A stretch of 64,000 nucleotides of DNA, from the NCBI GenBank assembly GCA_964291625.2, contig OZ220089.1, positions 480,001-544,000 on the forward strand, in the 5' to 3' direction. This DNA comes from Candidatus Latescibacterota bacterium. GTDB lineage: Bacteria > Latescibacterota > UBA2968 > UBA8231. Both the position numbers and the translations under genes were made by a program. A model generated the notes under the pieces. The model had not been told where the DNA came from. It searched no databases and saw nothing but the letters and a program-made list of their open reading frames with translations. This document shows positions 1 to 8,315 of the stretch, piece by piece; within the stretch, counting starts at the first letter, position 1; each line of letters begins with the position of its first letter.

Positions 1-876
1 CCGTCGCCCTCCTTCGACCCCGAGCAGGCCCTGCGCGACATCGAGACCCACCGGGTGACCAACCTCTTCGCGGCGCCGACCATGGTGAAGCGGATGGTCG
101 ACAGCCCCGCCATCGACGAGCGCGACCACGGCTCCCTCAAGGCGGTCGTCTACGGCGGCGCCCCCATGCTGGCGGAGGACCTGCGCAAGGCGATGGAGAA
201 GCTGGGGCCCTGCCTGGTGCAGCTCTACGGCCAGGCCGAGTCGCCCATGACGATCTCCCACCTGCCCCACGGCGACCACGTCCTCGACGGCAGCCCCGAC
301 CAGACCCGCCGCCTCTCCTCCGCCGGCATCGCCCGCACCGACGTGGAGGTGCGCATCGTCGACGCCGAGGACCGGCCCCTGCCGCCGGGCGAGACCGGGG
401 AGATCGTCACCCGCTCGGACCTGGTCATGAAGGGCTACTGGCGAGACGAGGAGGCCACCGCCGCGGCCCTGCGCGGGGGCTGGCTGCACACCGGCGACCT
501 GGGCTACCTTGACGGGCAGGGGTACCTGTTCCTCATGGACCGCTCCAAGGACCTGATCATCAGCGGCGGCGAGAACATCTATCCGCGAGAGGTCGAGGAG
601 GTGCTGGTGCAGCACCCCGCCGTGGGCGAGGTCGCCGTCATCGGCGTGCCCGACGAGGAGTGGGGCGAGGCGGTGAAGGCCGTCGTCGTCCTGGCCCCCG
701 GCCGCAGCGCCACCGCCGGGGAGCTGATCGATTTCTGCCGGGGCCACCTGGCCAGCTACAAGAAGCCCCGGTCGGTCGACTTCGTCGACGAGATCCCCAA
801 GAACAACTACGGCAAGATCGTCAAGAACGAGCTGCGCGAGCCCTACTGGCGGGGCCGCGAGCGGCGGGTCGTCTAA
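1..876 (+). CDS. Long-chain acyl-CoA synthetase / AMP-binding enzyme (5' partial)
   Basis: Frame is open from position 1; adenylate-forming motifs YGQAE, GWLHTGDLG, DRSKDLIISGGENIYPREVE and the C-terminal catalytic Lys (PKNNYGK). Confidence 0.92.
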   Translation, partial: PSPSFDPEQALRDIETHRVTNLFAAPTMVKRMVDSPAIDERDHGSLKAVVYGGAPMLAEDLRKAMEKLGPCLVQLYGQAESPMTISHLPHGDHVLDGSPDQTRRLSSAGIARTDVEVRIVDAEDRPLPPGETGEIVTRSDLVMKGYWRDEEATAAALRGGWLHTGDLGYLDGQGYLFLMDRSKDLIISGGENIYPREVEEVLVQHPAVGEVAVIGVPDEEWGEAVKAVVVLAPGRSATAGELIDFCRGHLASYKKPRSVDFVDEIPKNNYGKIVKNELREPYWRGRERRVV

Positions 877-889
877 CCACAGGAGAGCG

Positions 890-2158
890 ATGATGTCGAA
901 GAAACGCAGACTCGGCCGCGGCGTGGCCATGGTGGGAGCGGGCATGTCCCGCTTCGGCATCTTCCCCGAGCGGGACACCAAGGACCTCTTCACCGAGGCC
1001 TTCCAGGCGATGACCGCCTCCGTCGACAAGGGCGTCGACCCGGCCGACATCGACGCCCTCTACCTGGGCAACTTCACCAACGACTTCTTCGCCGGACAGT
1101 CCCACTGGGGACCGATCCTCACCGACGCCCTCGGCATGATCCCCAAGCCGGCGACGCGCACCGAGGGCGCCTGCGCCTCCAGCGCCATCGCCTTCCGCGA
1201 GGGCGTCTTCGCCATCGCCTCCGGGTTCTACGACATGGTCCTCGTGGGCGGCGTGGAGGAGATGTCCAAGCGCTCCACCGCCGACGTGGCCGAGGGCTTG
1301 GCCCTGGCCGCCATCCCCTACGAGCGCCAGTCGGGCTTCACCTTCCCCGGCGTCTTCGGAGCCATCGGCACCGCCTACTTCGACCGCTACGGCGCCGACC
1401 GCCGGCACCTGATGGACGTGACCATCAAGAGCCACGACAACGCCCCCCTCAACCCCAGGGCCCAGTACCGCTCCTCCATCCGCACGATCATGGAGGGCAA
1501 GGCCGAGCGCGCCCGGAGCAAGGGCGAGGAGGTGCCCGAGTGGGAGGACGAGAAGGACTTCCTCTCCGACCCGCGGGCCAACCCCGTGGTGGCCTGGCCC
1601 ATGCACCTCTTCGACTGCTGCCCCATCAGCGACGGGGCCTGCTGCATCCTGCTGGTGGGCGAGGAGCTGGCCCGGCAGTTCACCGACGCGCCCCTGCACG
1701 TGGCCGGCCTCGGGCAGGCCAGCGGCCGCGGACTCCACGCCGCCGAAACCCTCACCAGCTTCGAGGCCACCCGCCACGCCGCCGCCGAGGCCTACGGCAT
1801 GGCCGACATGGGCCCCGAGGACATCCAGATGGCCGAGGTCCACGACTGCTTCTCCGTCTCCGAGATCCTCCACCTCGAGGACCTCGGCTTCTACGAGCCC
1901 GGGGAGGGCTACAAGGCCGTCTCCGACGGGGCCACCCGCCTCGACGGGCCCAAGCCGGTCAACACCTCGGGAGGCCTCAAGTGCAAGGGCCACCCCGTGG
2001 GCGCCACCGGCGTGGCCCAGCTCGTGGAGCTGTGGGAGCAGCTGCGCCACCAAGCCGGCGACCGCCAGGTGCCGAATGCGGACCTGCGGGTCGGGGCGGC
2101 CCAGAACCTGGGCGGCACCGGCGGCACCTGCACGGTGACCATCCTCGAGAGGAGGTGA
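890..2158 (+). CDS. SCP-x-type thiolase (acetyl-CoA acetyltransferase family)
   Basis: EGACAS active-site Cys, EVHDCF, NTSGGLKCKGHPVGATG motifs; RBS AGGAG upstream. Confidence 0.9.
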   Translation: MMSKKRRLGRGVAMVGAGMSRFGIFPERDTKDLFTEAFQAMTASVDKGVDPADIDALYLGNFTNDFFAGQSHWGPILTDALGMIPKPATRTEGACASSAIAFREGVFAIASGFYDMVLVGGVEEMSKRSTADVAEGLALAAIPYERQSGFTFPGVFGAIGTAYFDRYGADRRHLMDVTIKSHDNAPLNPRAQYRSSIRTIMEGKAERARSKGEEVPEWEDEKDFLSDPRANPVVAWPMHLFDCCPISDGACCILLVGEELARQFTDAPLHVAGLGQASGRGLHAAETLTSFEATRHAAAEAYGMADMGPEDIQMAEVHDCFSVSEILHLEDLGFYEPGEGYKAVSDGATRLDGPKPVNTSGGLKCKGHPVGATGVAQLVELWEQLRHQAGDRQVPNADLRVGAAQNLGGTGGTCTVTILERR

Positions 2159-2163
2159 GCCCC

Positions 2164-2595
2164 ATGTCCGCCCCCCCGCCCCCGATGACCGACCACTCCT
2201 TCGGCCGGTTCCTCCTCGAGGAGAAGCTCATGGGCAGCCGCTGCGCCGGCTGCGGCGCCCTCTTCGTGCCGCCGCGGGCGATCTGCCCGGAGTGCCGCGG
2301 CACCGGCATGACCTGGGAGCAGATGCGGGGCACGGGCACCCTGACGGCCTTCACCTGCATCGCCATGGCCACCCCCGCCCTGCAGGCCGAGGGCTACGGC
2401 CGCGACAACCCCTTCTGCACCGGCGTGGTCGCCCTGGACGAGGGCCCCCGGGTGGTGGCCCGCATCGAGGGTTTCGACACCACCCGGCCGGAGGAGATCC
2501 ACCTCGGCGCGCCGCTGCGGGTGCGGTTCCTGCGGCGGGGCGAGGGGGAGGAGGAGCGGGCGGTGCTGGCTTTTAGGGTGGGGACTCCCGGATGA
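2164..2595 (+). CDS. DUF35 Zn-ribbon/OB-fold thiolase partner
   Basis: CxxC...PPRAICPEC zinc ribbon followed by an OB fold (LDEGPRVVARI); directly follows the thiolase; GGAGG RBS before ATG 2164. Confidence 0.88.
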   Translation: MSAPPPPMTDHSFGRFLLEEKLMGSRCAGCGALFVPPRAICPECRGTGMTWEQMRGTGTLTAFTCIAMATPALQAEGYGRDNPFCTGVVALDEGPRVVARIEGFDTTRPEEIHLGAPLRVRFLRRGEGEEERAVLAFRVGTPG

Positions 2596-2762
2596 TCGAC
2601 GATCCGGTGGTCGAGGAGATTCGCCGGCACCGCAAGGCCCACGCCGCCGAACATGGGAATGATCTTGACCGTATCGTGAAGGCCCTCCGCCAGCGTGAGC
2701 GAGAATCCGACCGGCCGCTGCTGAATCCGGGGCCACAGCCGTTGAGCCCGACCCGGAGCTGA
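2592..2762 (+). CDS. Small helical protein (DPVVEEIRRHR... type, often an antitoxin-like partner of PIN genes)
   Basis: Own translation MIDDPVVEEIRRHRKAHAAEHGNDLDRIVKALRQRERES...; ATGA overlap with the DUF35 stop; 56 aa, too short for the supplied ORF track. Confidence 0.6.
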   Translation: MIDDPVVEEIRRHRKAHAAEHGNDLDRIVKALRQRERESDRPLLNPGPQPLSPTRS

Positions 2763-2842
2763 GTCGAATCAGCATCCCCCCCTCCCCCCACGACACCGGG
2801 ACCTACCCGGCGCGGACCCACCTCTTCCTGGACGACCTCCAC

Positions 2843-4300
2843 GTGGGCCGCCTCGACGGCCTGCGGCGCCTGCCCGGGCCGGTCACGCATGCCGCCAGCG
2901 GACCGGTATTGGAGCCCGAGACACCTTGGGAGGGGCTCGGCCTCATCGGCCGCAACAGCATCCTCTGGGACGAGGAGGCTGCCCGCTTCAAGTGCTGGTA
3001 TCCGTCCTTCGATCCGGCCCTGCCCGGGGAACCGGTGGGGGCCCGGCGGCGGTGGGCGTACGCCGAGAGCGCCGACGGCGTCCACTGGGAGCGGCCCGAC
3101 CTGGGGCTCACCTCCTTCGCCGGCTCCACCGCCAACAACCTGCTGCGCCTGGAGGGACTGGACGAGTCGGCGGCGGTCCTGTGGAGCGTCCGCAGGGACC
3201 CGGACGACCCCGACCCGGGGCGGCGCTACAAGGCGATCGGCATGGACCGCCATCCCCGGCGCCCGGGCGAGCCGACGTGGACCGGTCCCGACGGCGAGGA
3301 CGAGTGGTACCGCAGCCAGGGGCGGCACATGGGCTGCGGCCTCTTCATCGCCTTCTCGGCCGACGGGCTCACCTGGCGCCAGCGCGAGGGCTGGGCGGGG
3401 TCCGGGGCCCTGATCATGGACAACTCCATCCTCCACGGGTACGACCCCCACACCCGGCGCTGGCTGCTGTGGCAGCGGCCGCGGATCCTGCCCAAGCACC
3501 GGGTGATCGGCGTCAGCTTCTCCCCCGACTTCGAGGACTGGACCTTCCCCGAGTGCGTCCTCGTGCCGGACGAGGACGACCCGCCGGACACCCAGTTCGA
3601 CCAGCTCTCGACGGTGGCCGCCTCGGACGGCGGCTTCGTGGGGCTCCTGTCCGCCTCCTCGGAGGTGCGCGCCGACCGGGGCGTGACCGACATCGTGCCC
3701 CAGCTCGTCTACTCCCGCGACGCCCGTCGCTGGACCCGCGTCGACCGCGGGCCCTTCCTGGCTCCGAAGGAGGCGCCGCCGACCTGGGACGACGGCTGCA
3801 TCATCCCCTTCAACCCGCAGGTCGCCGGCGACGAGGTCTTCATCTTCTACTACGGCAAGAACGCCGGCCACATCTGGGGCGAGCCCACCGCCGATGGCCG
3901 CGTGACCCGCTCCGCCTTCGGCCTGGTGAAGCTGCGCCGCGACCGCTGGGTCGCCCTGACCGCCACGGCCGGCGGCTCCGCGGGCGGCGGCGAGGGCACC
4001 CTGACCACGTCCCTGATCAGCTTCTGCCGCCCGGAGCTGCGCCTGAACGCCGACGCCTCGAGCGGCTCCATCGCCGTGGAGCTGGTGGACTGCCAGAGCG
4101 GTCGGGCGGTACCCGGCTTCGGCCTGGACGACTGCGACCCAATGCGCGGCGACTCCCTGGACCACCCTGTGACCTGGCGCGGCAGCGGCGACCTGTCGGC
4201 GGTCATCGGCACCGGGAGCCGCCAGCCGCAGGTGGGCCGGGCCCTGGTGATCCGCGCGCGGCTCCGGGACGGCGCCCGGCTCTACGGGATCACCTGCTGA
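2843..4300 (+). CDS. Five-bladed beta-propeller glycoside hydrolase-like protein (GH32/43/130 clan-like)
   Basis: Repeated SxDGxxW motifs (YAESADGVHWERP, FSADGLTW, SRDARRW), LRRDRWVAL, C-terminal G.D.LDHPVTW; the true start may lie upstream, where HLFLDD is in frame at about 2819. Confidence 0.7.
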   Translation: MGRLDGLRRLPGPVTHAASGPVLEPETPWEGLGLIGRNSILWDEEAARFKCWYPSFDPALPGEPVGARRRWAYAESADGVHWERPDLGLTSFAGSTANNLLRLEGLDESAAVLWSVRRDPDDPDPGRRYKAIGMDRHPRRPGEPTWTGPDGEDEWYRSQGRHMGCGLFIAFSADGLTWRQREGWAGSGALIMDNSILHGYDPHTRRWLLWQRPRILPKHRVIGVSFSPDFEDWTFPECVLVPDEDDPPDTQFDQLSTVAASDGGFVGLLSASSEVRADRGVTDIVPQLVYSRDARRWTRVDRGPFLAPKEAPPTWDDGCIIPFNPQVAGDEVFIFYYGKNAGHIWGEPTADGRVTRSAFGLVKLRRDRWVALTATAGGSAGGGEGTLTTSLISFCRPELRLNADASSGSIAVELVDCQSGRAVPGFGLDDCDPMRGDSLDHPVTWRGSGDLSAVIGTGSRQPQVGRALVIRARLRDGARLYGITC

Positions 4301-4328
4301 GAGGTGCGGCGCCCGGCCGTCCGGCGCC

Positions 4329-5405
4329 TCAGGTCAGCCGCCACTCCACCCCGTGCTCGGCGGTGGCCTGGCGGAACCAGTCGATGACCTCGGGGTGGTA
4401 GGGGATGCCCCGCTCGGCCCGCTCCACCGCCGTCTGCGCCTCGGGCCAGCCCGAGTAGAGGACGCGGTCGGCCCCGGGGGCGGGCGGACACTCGAGCAGG
4501 TCGGTGAGGTACTGGTCGAGGTCGGCCTTGAAGTCGGCGGGGTCGCAGAAGCCGGCGATGTCCCAGGCGACGAAGTGGTGGACCGAATCGCTCCGGCGCC
4601 GGGGTCCGGCCCCGGTAGCGGTGAGCACCGTGGTCAGCACCTCCGACATGACCGACAGGGCATAGCCCTTCTGGGAGCCTCCCTCCCGGGTCGAGCCGAG
4701 GGGCAGCATCATGTAGGACTCGGGGATCTCCGTCTCCTCCAGGATCGGGGTGCCGTGCTCGTCGGCGATCCAGCCGGGCAGCACCGTCTGCCCCAGGCGC
4801 CGGGCCAGGAAGATCCTGTTGGCGGCCACCACGCTCGGCGAGCCGTCGTAGACGAAGGGCGGGTGTTTCCCCGCCGGCGCGGCGAAGGCCAGGGCGTTGA
4901 GGCCGAGGAGGGCCTTCGATCCGAAGGTGGGCGCCATGCCGAGGCCGCCGGTGGTCGTGGCCATACCCAGCATCTCCCGCTCCAGGGGCATCTCGGCGTA
5001 GTAGGAGCAGGGGCCCAGGTGCCCGCAGTTGACCGCCGACACGGCGCCGACCCCGAACCGGGAGGCCCGCTCGATCGCCTCCTGCATGGCCACGGGGGAG
5101 ACCACCATGCCGTGGCCCCGGTCCCCGTCGATGAGGGCGGTCGCCTTGTTGTCGCGGACGATCTTCCAGTCCGGCGTGGGGTTGATGGCGCCCGAGGTCA
5201 GGCCCCCCAGGTAGAACCGCAGCAGGTTGGAGACGCCGTGGGTGTCGACGCCCCTCAGGTCGGCGTAGATCAGCACGTCGGCGGTCTTCGCGGCGTCCTC
5301 CGCCGGCATGCCGAGGGCCTCCAGGAGGCGCTCGGTGGTCCACCTCATCTCCTCGGGCCGGACCCGGACCTCCTGGTCCTCGGACACCTTGTACTTCTCG
5401 AGCAT
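4329..5405 (-). CDS. Ldh_2 family oxidoreductase (malate/L-lactate/ureidoglycolate dehydrogenase type 2)
   Basis: ADLRGVDTHG, NCGHLG, KGYAL motifs; ATG at 5405 with GAGGAG RBS. Confidence 0.88.
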   Translation of the reverse strand: MLEKYKVSEDQEVRVRPEEMRWTTERLLEALGMPAEDAAKTADVLIYADLRGVDTHGVSNLLRFYLGGLTSGAINPTPDWKIVRDNKATALIDGDRGHGMVVSPVAMQEAIERASRFGVGAVSAVNCGHLGPCSYYAEMPLEREMLGMATTTGGLGMAPTFGSKALLGLNALAFAAPAGKHPPFVYDGSPSVVAANRIFLARRLGQTVLPGWIADEHGTPILEETEIPESYMMLPLGSTREGGSQKGYALSVMSEVLTTVLTATGAGPRRRSDSVHHFVAWDIAGFCDPADFKADLDQYLTDLLECPPAPGADRVLYSGWPEAQTAVERAERGIPYHPEVIDWFRQATAEHGVEWRLT

Positions 5406-5503
5406 GTGCGGTCTCCTCGGGGGCGGCGGCCGGCGCAGCGGACAAAGGCCAGCCGGGGCGGGACCTCCCATCGGCCGGCGGCGCGGAGCGGCCGCCGGGC
5501 GGC

Positions 5504-6751
5504 TCAGGCCGGTCCCGGGTGCAGGTCCAGGGCCAGGGACCGGAAGTCGCGGACGCGGTGGAGGGTGACCCGGTCGTTGTCGTGCTGGTTGCGCGAGCTC
5601 TCCGCCGTGCGCGACGACACGAGCAGGTCGTCGCCGTCGACGACGGCGGCGTTGTACTGGAAGCCCTGGCCGGGGCCGGGCCAGCGGGCGATGCACCCGG
5701 CGGGGAACCAGTTCAGGGCGTCGAGGCTGTAGAACAGCATGAGGAAGCGGCGCTCGTTGCCGGCGCCCCCGGCCAGGCCGCGTTCGGCCATGGCCCGCCC
5801 CCACTCCACGTCCTGGGCCCGCGTCGGCAGGTTCACGGGAGTCCAGTAGTACCCGTCCGGCCCGTCGCGGATGACGTGGAAGTAGGCGTTGCCCGGGAAG
5901 GGGTGGAACTGCGTGAAGCGCAGATCCAGCTCCCCGCCTTCGTCCTCCAGGTCGCAGATGGCGCACAGGTGGGGCGTCGACTGGCCGTCGATCCGCAGGC
6001 GGACGTAGACCCGGACCCGGCCGTCCACGAGGACGACGTTGGGCTCGAGCCAGTGGTCGCCCATGTCCGGCGCCTGGTCGCGGTAGGTCGGCGCCAGGGT
6101 GGCCCCCGGGTACTGGACGGCGGCGTCGACCTGCTCCGCCAGTCCCCGGCTCAGGCCTGGCGGCGTGCCCGGGTAGGTCAGGGGCGGGGAGATGCGCCAC
6201 GCCGAGGGGTCCATCAGGTCGTCGGCGCCGAGATCGCCGGCGACGGCGGCGATCCGCGACCCGGCGCGGTTGAAGTTCCCGGCCTCGTTGGCGGCGCCGA
6301 AGCACCAGTAGAGGGTGTCGCCGCGCACGGCGTGGGGGGTGAAGGTGTTCCAGTAGGGGCCCCTGAAGAGGACCACGGGATCGCTCCAGGTCCCCCCCTC
6401 GTCGTCGCTGGCCACCAGCAGGATGTCCCGCCGGCCACGGCCGTTGCACAGCAGGTAGAGCCGCTCCCGGTGGACGAAGACGAGGCCGTCGCCGACCCGC
6501 GCCCGGCCCCGGCGCCGCCAGGTCCGCCCGTCGTCGTCGCTGGTCCAGAAGCGGGTCCTCAGCTCCTGGTCGGGGTTCCCCGGCAGCCGGTTGAGGCGCG
6601 TGAGCAGGGCGAAGCTGCACAGCAGCCGGCCGCTGGGCAGACGCACCAGGGAAGGGGCGGAGGAGTAGACCTCCGGATCGGGGATCAGAAAGATCTCGGT
6701 GCTTTCCTGGGCCAGGGGCTGCGACCAGCAGTGCGAGGGGATCCGGGCCAT
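5504..6751 (-). CDS. Sialidase-like / BNR (Asp-box) repeat protein
   Basis: Asp-boxes SDDDGRTW, SDDEGGTWS, YSLDALNW. Confidence 0.72.
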   Translation of the reverse strand: MARIPSHCWSQPLAQESTEIFLIPDPEVYSSAPSLVRLPSGRLLCSFALLTRLNRLPGNPDQELRTRFWTSDDDGRTWRRRGRARVGDGLVFVHRERLYLLCNGRGRRDILLVASDDEGGTWSDPVVLFRGPYWNTFTPHAVRGDTLYWCFGAANEAGNFNRAGSRIAAVAGDLGADDLMDPSAWRISPPLTYPGTPPGLSRGLAEQVDAAVQYPGATLAPTYRDQAPDMGDHWLEPNVVLVDGRVRVYVRLRIDGQSTPHLCAICDLEDEGGELDLRFTQFHPFPGNAYFHVIRDGPDGYYWTPVNLPTRAQDVEWGRAMAERGLAGGAGNERRFLMLFYSLDALNWFPAGCIARWPGPGQGFQYNAAVVDGDDLLVSSRTAESSRNQHDNDRVTLHRVRDFRSLALDLHPGPA

Positions 6752-6785
6752 TCGGTCAGCCTCTCAGGACGGCGGGGTTGGGCGC

Positions 6786-8315
6786 TCAGTCCCCGAGGGG
6801 CCCGACCGAGTCCAGGCCCTCCGGCTGGGGCAGGACGTAGCGCACGGGCTGCACCGAGCCGTCGGCGCGGGTCACCCGCCGCACGCGGCGGGTCTTGATG
6901 ACGGAGTGTTCCACCAGCACGTCGTCGTCGATGCGGCAGCCGTAGAGGTAGCTGGTGCCCTTCACGGTCACCCCGCGGCCGACGCGCATGGGGTGATCGT
7001 CGGAGCCGGTCATGATGACGCCCGACTCGATGCGGCTGCCGGCGCCAACGACGCTGTTGCCCTTGAGGACGCTGCGGTCGAGGACCTCCACCCCCTCCTC
7101 CAGGACCATGGTCTGGCGGGGGTAGGTGCTCAGGCGCACGCCGGCGCCGATGCGCACCCCCTCCCCCAGGACCACGCGGCCGCTGAGCTCGCAGCGGTCG
7201 CCGAGGTGGACCCGGCGGTCGAGCTGGACCCCGGCGCCGACGCTGGCGCCCTTGCCGATGACGATGTCGAGGGGCCCCCGGTCCTTGTCGAGGGCGACGA
7301 TCTGCTCGATCACCTCGTCGGCGAGGTAGAAGTCCTCGTCGTCGACGATGGTGACGATATCCATGAGGCGCTCGTAGGCGCGGCGCCGGGCGATCGCCTC
7401 CATGCGGCGCCAGACGCTCTTGACGTTGAAGCCGAGGATCTCGTCGCCGTTGGCGGCGGGCACGGCGCGCACCACGAGACCGTGGCCGTTGAAGATCTCC
7501 ACCAGGTCGGTGAGCATCAGCTCGCCCTGGACGTTGTCGGTGTCCATGGCGCCGATGTGGGCCCGCAGGGCCGACTCGCGGAAGCAGACGACGAGGGTGT
7601 TGATCTCGCCCGTCTCCAGCAGCTCCCGTCGGTGGAAGACGTAGCGCCGGCCGCGGTAGTCCAGCTCCTCGGAGCCGCCCTCGGGCAGGCCGAGGATGTC
7701 GCCGTGCTCCTTGATGGCGATCACCCGGCCGGCGTCCTCGCCGGCGTCGCCGCCGTCGGCGTCGACCGGAGGGACGCGGACGATGCGGCCGTAGTAGTTC
7801 TGCTCCGCGGGGCCGTCGTAGAGACCGGTGAGGACCATCATGTCGCAGGGCTCGGACTCGAAGGCGCGGCGGAAGTGGGCGACCACGTTCTCGGTGAGCA
7901 GCCCCATGTCGCCGGGGAAGATGTAGACCTGGCGGTCCCGGCCTTCGGGGGGCGGGTCGAAGTGATCGAGGGCGACGCGCACGGCGTCGCCGGTGCCGGC
8001 GGGCAGCCCGAGGACGGGGTTCTCCTGGTAGGCGAAGCGGCGGCCCGGGCGGGGGCCGAGGTGGTCGGCCACCTCCTCTCCCTTGATCCCCACCACGAGC
8101 ACCTGGTTCGGGCTCTCCAGGCCGGCGGCCACGGCGTCGGCGACGCGCACCACCGTCGGCCGTCCCCAGATCTCGTGGAGCATCTTGGAGGTGTCGGAGC
8201 GGATGCGCTTGCCGTGGCCGGCGGCCAGCACCACGCCGACTCGCCCCGGCTCCTCCAGCAGGGGCGAGTCCAGCTCGCGCAGGCGGGCGCGGAGGCGGCG
8301 GCCGTCCGGGGGCAT
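6786..8315 (-). CDS. GlmU-like nucleotidyltransferase with left-handed beta-helix domain
   Basis: VVLAAGHGKRIRS..SKMLH, GTGDAV, DNVQGELMLTDLV, then hexapeptide repeats; ATG overlaps the ppk1 stop. Confidence 0.8.
   Translation of the reverse strand: MPPDGRRLRARLRELDSPLLEEPGRVGVVLAAGHGKRIRSDTSKMLHEIWGRPTVVRVADAVAAGLESPNQVLVVGIKGEEVADHLGPRPGRRFAYQENPVLGLPAGTGDAVRVALDHFDPPPEGRDRQVYIFPGDMGLLTENVVAHFRRAFESEPCDMMVLTGLYDGPAEQNYYGRIVRVPPVDADGGDAGEDAGRVIAIKEHGDILGLPEGGSEELDYRGRRYVFHRRELLETGEINTLVVCFRESALRAHIGAMDTDNVQGELMLTDLVEIFNGHGLVVRAVPAANGDEILGFNVKSVWRRMEAIARRRAYERLMDIVTIVDDEDFYLADEVIEQIVALDKDRGPLDIVIGKGASVGAGVQLDRRVHLGDRCELSGRVVLGEGVRIGAGVRLSTYPRQTMVLEEGVEVLDRSVLKGNSVVGAGSRIESGVIMTGSDDHPMRVGRGVTVKGTSYLYGCRIDDDVLVEHSVIKTRRVRRVTRADGSVQPVRYVLPQPEGLDSVGPLGD

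Noticed and set aside
890-2595. Thiolase-DUF35 pair as an Ltp2/ChsH2 steroid aldolase
   Set aside because: The thiolase retains the catalytic Cys (EGACAS) and no steroid-specific genes are adjacent; the substrate cannot be determined from sequence.
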